The notes beneath the pieces were generated by a model. It worked only from the letters and a program-made list of their open reading frames with translations. It did not search any database and was not told the DNA's origin. A stretch of DNA of 63,674 nt, counting the filler, from Saprolegnia diclina VS20 (taxonomy: Eukaryota): the NCBI RefSeq assembly GCF_000281045.1. It is 6 parts of 5 records of this genome, joined end to end, with 100 filler letters (N's around TTAATTAATTAA, not from the genome) between each part and the next. Parts side by side here need not be neighbours in the genome. Positions count along the whole stretch, not along the records: positions 59,947 to 62,415 come from NW_008246231.1; positions 62,516 to 63,674 come from NW_008246231.1; 4 more parts are not named here. One strand, 5' to 3'. Shown here one piece after another: positions 59,989 to 63,674 of the stretch; within the stretch, counting starts at the first letter, position 1; every line of letters starts with the position of its first letter. The position numbers and the translations under genes are program-made.

Positions 59989-62413
59989 ATGCCAAGCGAC
60001 GGTGCGTGTGGGCGCTACCACCGCTACAAGGCGACGACCAACGCCGTCTTCGAGTGGCTCCACCGAGCGACCAAGCCCAAGACTAAGAACGCCAAGCGCA
60101 AGGTCAAGAAGCACGGCGCGCGGTCGGCCGACGTCACCGAGTGGTCGGTCTCGCAGATCTACGCCGCTGCGCTCGAGGTCGTCGAGGCTGCCTTGCCCGT
60201 GCCCGCTGCCATCCTGCGCAAGCTCGGGACAGCCATCCGCCTGCGCCACCAGTACTCTCTCAAAATGGCTCCCGACGCCGGCCATACGCATGTCCTCAAC
60301 ACGCTTCGCGCGATCGAGGTCCAGTGGACGCCGCTGGTGCCCATCAAGACGCCCGCTCCGGTCAAGACGCCCACTTCCGTCGATGCAACTAGCGGTGAGA
60401 TCAACTTGGCCAACGCCTTTGAGGCCCTCGCCACCGACGACGCCGATGACGACGCCGACGTGTGGGCGGAGACGCCGATGCCGCCGTTCGACATGACGAC
60501 CTTTGTCGCGCCGGCCAGTGCTGCTGACGCAGCCCGCGCAGCGCTGCAAGCGCGTATCGAAGACGAGAAGTTCCAGTGCAGATGCTTCCTCCTTGACTTT
60601 GACGACCTGATGCGCGAGGTCCATATTGCGTGGAAAATGTTCAAGGACGGGCACACGAGCTTGCTCGCAGCGACGGCCGTCACCAACGCCTGCGTCCACG
60701 CCGTCCAAGTGCTTGGGAATGACTTGAGCTTTGCGTACCCGCACCTCAAGGATCTCGAGCATATTTTGGCGATTCTCATCTGCGACGACACGAGGTCGAT
60801 GAGTTTCTCATCGACCTCGTGTCCGAGCACGACGGTCTCACACTTGGCACCGCGGTCGAGCTCGTGGTGTTGGCCAAGCGGGTGAGCATCGAGCGTCTCC
60901 GTCCCGATGCCGAGCGCGTGATCGCCAAAACGCTCAAGACGTCGGCGGCCGCGGCGTCGCGCTTCCACGCCAGCGTCCGTGCCCAGTTTACGTGTGCGCT
61001 CTTCCCTGTCGTCTTCATGGAACCGAGGGCACTGGATGCTAGCCTCACGCTCCTCCAGGACAGGTTGGTCGGCGTGCACGAGTGCATTGCACCCAATTGG
61101 CGCGTCATCCTGGCGGACGGGCAGTTTGGCCGTAGCTGGGCCGAGCCGCACGAGCTCGCGTCATCGCTGTGGGACTTGCACCAAACGTTTTTTGGTCACA
61201 TTTTGCCGCTGCTCACGTTCCACGTGCGCGTCCCCAACCCCTTGATGACTGCCCACGGCCCGTCGACGAGCCCGTTTCTCGAGCTTCTTCGGGCGTATGT
61301 CGCGTCCAAGGACATCTCGGTGGCCCTTCTCTTTGCCTGCAATGCGCTTTTGGTGAGCATCTTGTCTACGCAAGGCGCGCCAAGTGATAGGATCCACTGC
61401 GCCAAGGTCGTCGACGACACGCGTTGGACGATCGACCGCCACGCCACCCAGATGCAAGCCGATCGTGGCATTGTGGACGGTCTACTCGTGGCAGCGCCGA
61501 CCATGCACAACGTCAAGGTGGTCCTTGGCTGGTTTGACGACATCCGACGCATAACGTCGGCCAACAAGTACTTTAGCCAAAAGGAAGTCGACCGCGCGTG
61601 GTTCAACCCGTACATGGCGGGCCAAGTTCTTCTCTCGATGAATATGGACATTACGTTCACCTTGGGCTTGACGGCGATCGATGACATTGGCCAAGCGCGT
61701 ACGATACTCCACTTTTACAACGCGCTCCGCGTCCTCGACAAGATCCCACCGAACAGAGACCTCGACAACTTGGTCACCATGTACGAGCGCGGCAAGTCGG
61801 TGTGGGTCGGCGGCCGCCCTACCGCCCGTGGCAATATTCTAAAAGCATATTTGCTCGCGTGGGGCTACAACCCGTATACGACCGCGACCATGGCGGCCGG
61901 CATTTGCGACGACCACGAAGAGTACGTTGCCAAAGGCGCGCTGCGCGACCGCATGGACCACCGCAGTGCGGCGCAGAGGGCGTCGACGCCGCACAACACG
62001 TCTCGGAAGAAGCTCGAACCGACCAAGCCCGCGCACGTGAGCAAGGCGTATCGCTACGTGACACGGACAATGTTGCCGGACGACGTGGACGCCACGCGCC
62101 TTCCGAGTGCCTTTGCCATTCGGGCCATCGTCCTCAGCGACTTTGACGCGTTTTTATACCTCGACCTCAAACGGGTCGGCCAGCTCTTTCGTGAAGCGTG
62201 GAGGGAATGCTCCACACCACAGTCGCGACTCACGTCTACAGTGGTCCGTGGCACGAGACGGACGTCCACGCCCGCCATCAGAGTGAAATCATGGTTTCCC
62301 AAACGCTCCTCGCGCTCTGCGACTGCAAACCCGACGACCATCGCCTTGTCCAAATTGCCAAAGTGTTGACGCACGTCGCGGACCGCATGCACGAGATGCA
62401 CTGCCTCGCGTAG
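59989..62413 (+). pseudogene. DUF6604-like hypothetical protein with two 1-nt frameshifts (pseudogene or sequencing errors)
   Basis: N-terminus YHRYKATTNAVFEWL..VPAAILRKLGTAIRLR..H.H..NAFEAL resembles DUF6604; three consecutive ORFs join if one base is added near 60790 and one near 62197. Confidence 0.65.
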
Positions 62414-62415
62414 AC

Positions 62416-62515
62416 NNNNNNNNNNNNNNNNNNNNNNNNNNNNNNNNNNNNNNNNNNNNTTAATTAATTAANNNNNNNNNNNNNNNNNNNNNNNNNNNNN
62501 NNNNNNNNNNNNNNN
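62416..62515. other. Artificial contig-joining spacer
   Basis: N44-TTAATTAATTAA-N44. Confidence 0.95.
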
Positions 62516-62672
62516 ACCATTCGGTGACGTTGGCCGACCGCGCGCCGTGCTTCTTGACCTTGCGCTTGGCGTTCTTGGTCTTGGGCTTAGTCGCTCGGTG
62601 GAGCCACTCGAAGACAGCGTAGGTCGTCGCCTTGTAGCGGTGGTAGCGCCCACACGCACCGTCGCTTGGCAT
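62516..62672 (-). CDS. 5' fragment of a second DUF6604-like gene copy
   Basis: MPSDGACGRYHRYKATTYAVFEWL..., nearly identical to the 59989 gene; cut by the spacer. Confidence 0.75.
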
Positions 62673-62944
62673 GCTGATGTGAGATCGCCGTTTCCGTCGA
62701 AATTGAACACTGCGTCGGTTTTCACGTTGTTGCGAACGGGACAAACAGGTTTGTCCCACTAATATGCACAACACATCATTTTTTAGCATCTTTACAATTT
62801 TGTCCTCGCCACCAGAACGCAAGTGCATCGGGAGACGCGTGATCNNNNNNNNNNNNNNNNNNNNNNNNNNNNNNNNNNNNNNNNNNNNNNNNNNNNNNNN
62901 NNNNNNNNNNNNNNNNNNNNNNNNNNNNNNNNNNNNNNNNNNNN

Positions 62945-63216
62945 AGAGAGTACTGGTGGCGCAGGCGGATGGCCGTCCCAAGCTTGCGCAAGATGGCAGC
63001 GGGCACGGGCAAGGCAGCCTCGACGACCTCGAGCGCAGCCGCGTAGATCTGCGAGACCGACCACTCGGTGACGTTGGCCGACCGCGCGCCGTGCTTCTTG
63101 ACCTTGCGCTTGGCGTTCTTGGTCTTGGGCTTGGTCGCTCGGTGAAGCCACTCGAAGACGGCGTTGGTCGTCGCCTTGTAGCGGTGGTAGCGCCCACACG
63201 CACCGTCACTTGGCAT
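62945..63216 (-). CDS. 5' fragment of a third DUF6604-like gene copy
   Basis: MPSDGACGRYHRYKATTNAVFEWL...IRLRHQYS; cut by a gap. Confidence 0.75.
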
Positions 63217-63347
63217 GCTGATGTGAGATCGCGGTTTCCGTCCAAATTGAACACTGCGTCGGTTTTCACGTTGTTGTGAACGGGACAAACAGGTTTGTCC
63301 CACTAATATGCACAACACATCATTTTTTAGCATCTTTCTCCCACCAC

Positions 63348-63547
63348 TGTTGTGGTTACTGTCCCTGATCTCAACGTACTAGCACGTGCTCGGAGTACTG
63401 CTTGCAGTTCTAGTTGAAAGCTCAACAACGTAGCAGCCCTGGCTAGGGGTAGGTTAACTTGTTGTAGAACACTTCGATTCACTCACGCGTCATTTCGACG
63501 CCTCTTGAGCACCCGTCTTCCACCACCTCGGTGTGCAGGACGCAACA
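63348..63547. mobile_element. 200-bp solo LTR with 5-bp target-site duplication ACCAC
   Basis: ACCAC-[TGTTGTG...CGCAACA]-ACCAC; TG..CA ends with an imperfect terminal inverted repeat; absent from the homologous promoter at 62760-62844. Confidence 0.85.
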
Positions 63548-63674
63548 ACCACCCTCAGTGTGCAGACAAATTAAACATTTTTGTCCTCACCACCAGAACG
63601 CAAGTGCATCGGGAGACGCGTGATCGTGGCGTTGGGAGCCCAAGAAGGAACTGGTGGGTTCAACGAGTCACAGA

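Overview
Eukaryotic, GC-rich, gene-dense DNA with many very short (about 40-60 nt) GT-AG introns and oomycete-type INR/FPR core promoters. It is most likely a Saprolegniales oomycete (Achlya/Saprolegnia-like; inference). The window is not one locus: five identical 100-nt spacers (N44-TTAATTAATTAA-N44) join six separate contigs, and three 100-N gaps are flanked by near-duplicate sequence. Recognisable genes: an LRR receptor-like TKL kinase, GT4 glycosyltransferase, thioredoxin (TRX_NDPK/dynein light chain type), ITPA, a kinesin-3/KIF28-like protein with degenerate switch motifs and a CaaX end, SHAQKYF-type Myb, M13 peptidase, SAM methyltransferase, mitochondrial helical-repeat protein, small Tim lacking its outer cysteines, a giant IQ/TPR/C2/WW protein, Gfo/Idh/MocA dehydrogenase, tRNA-Arg(UCG), a divergent MscS-like protein, FANCJ, CEP76, a WRKY19-like HGGG-repeat protein, SERF, a START-like protein, a UT-family urea transporter and DUF6604-like genes. 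Mobile DNA: an RT/RNaseH-less Ty3/gypsy element and a 200-bp solo LTR with a 5-bp target-site duplication. No clear novel multi-gene system is supported. The best leads are the probable pseudo-kinesin, an uncharacterised three-member family with rearranged modules, the in-frame deleted retroelement, the MscS-like gene and the Cys-reduced small Tim. Boundaries of spliced genes were read by eye and are approximate.
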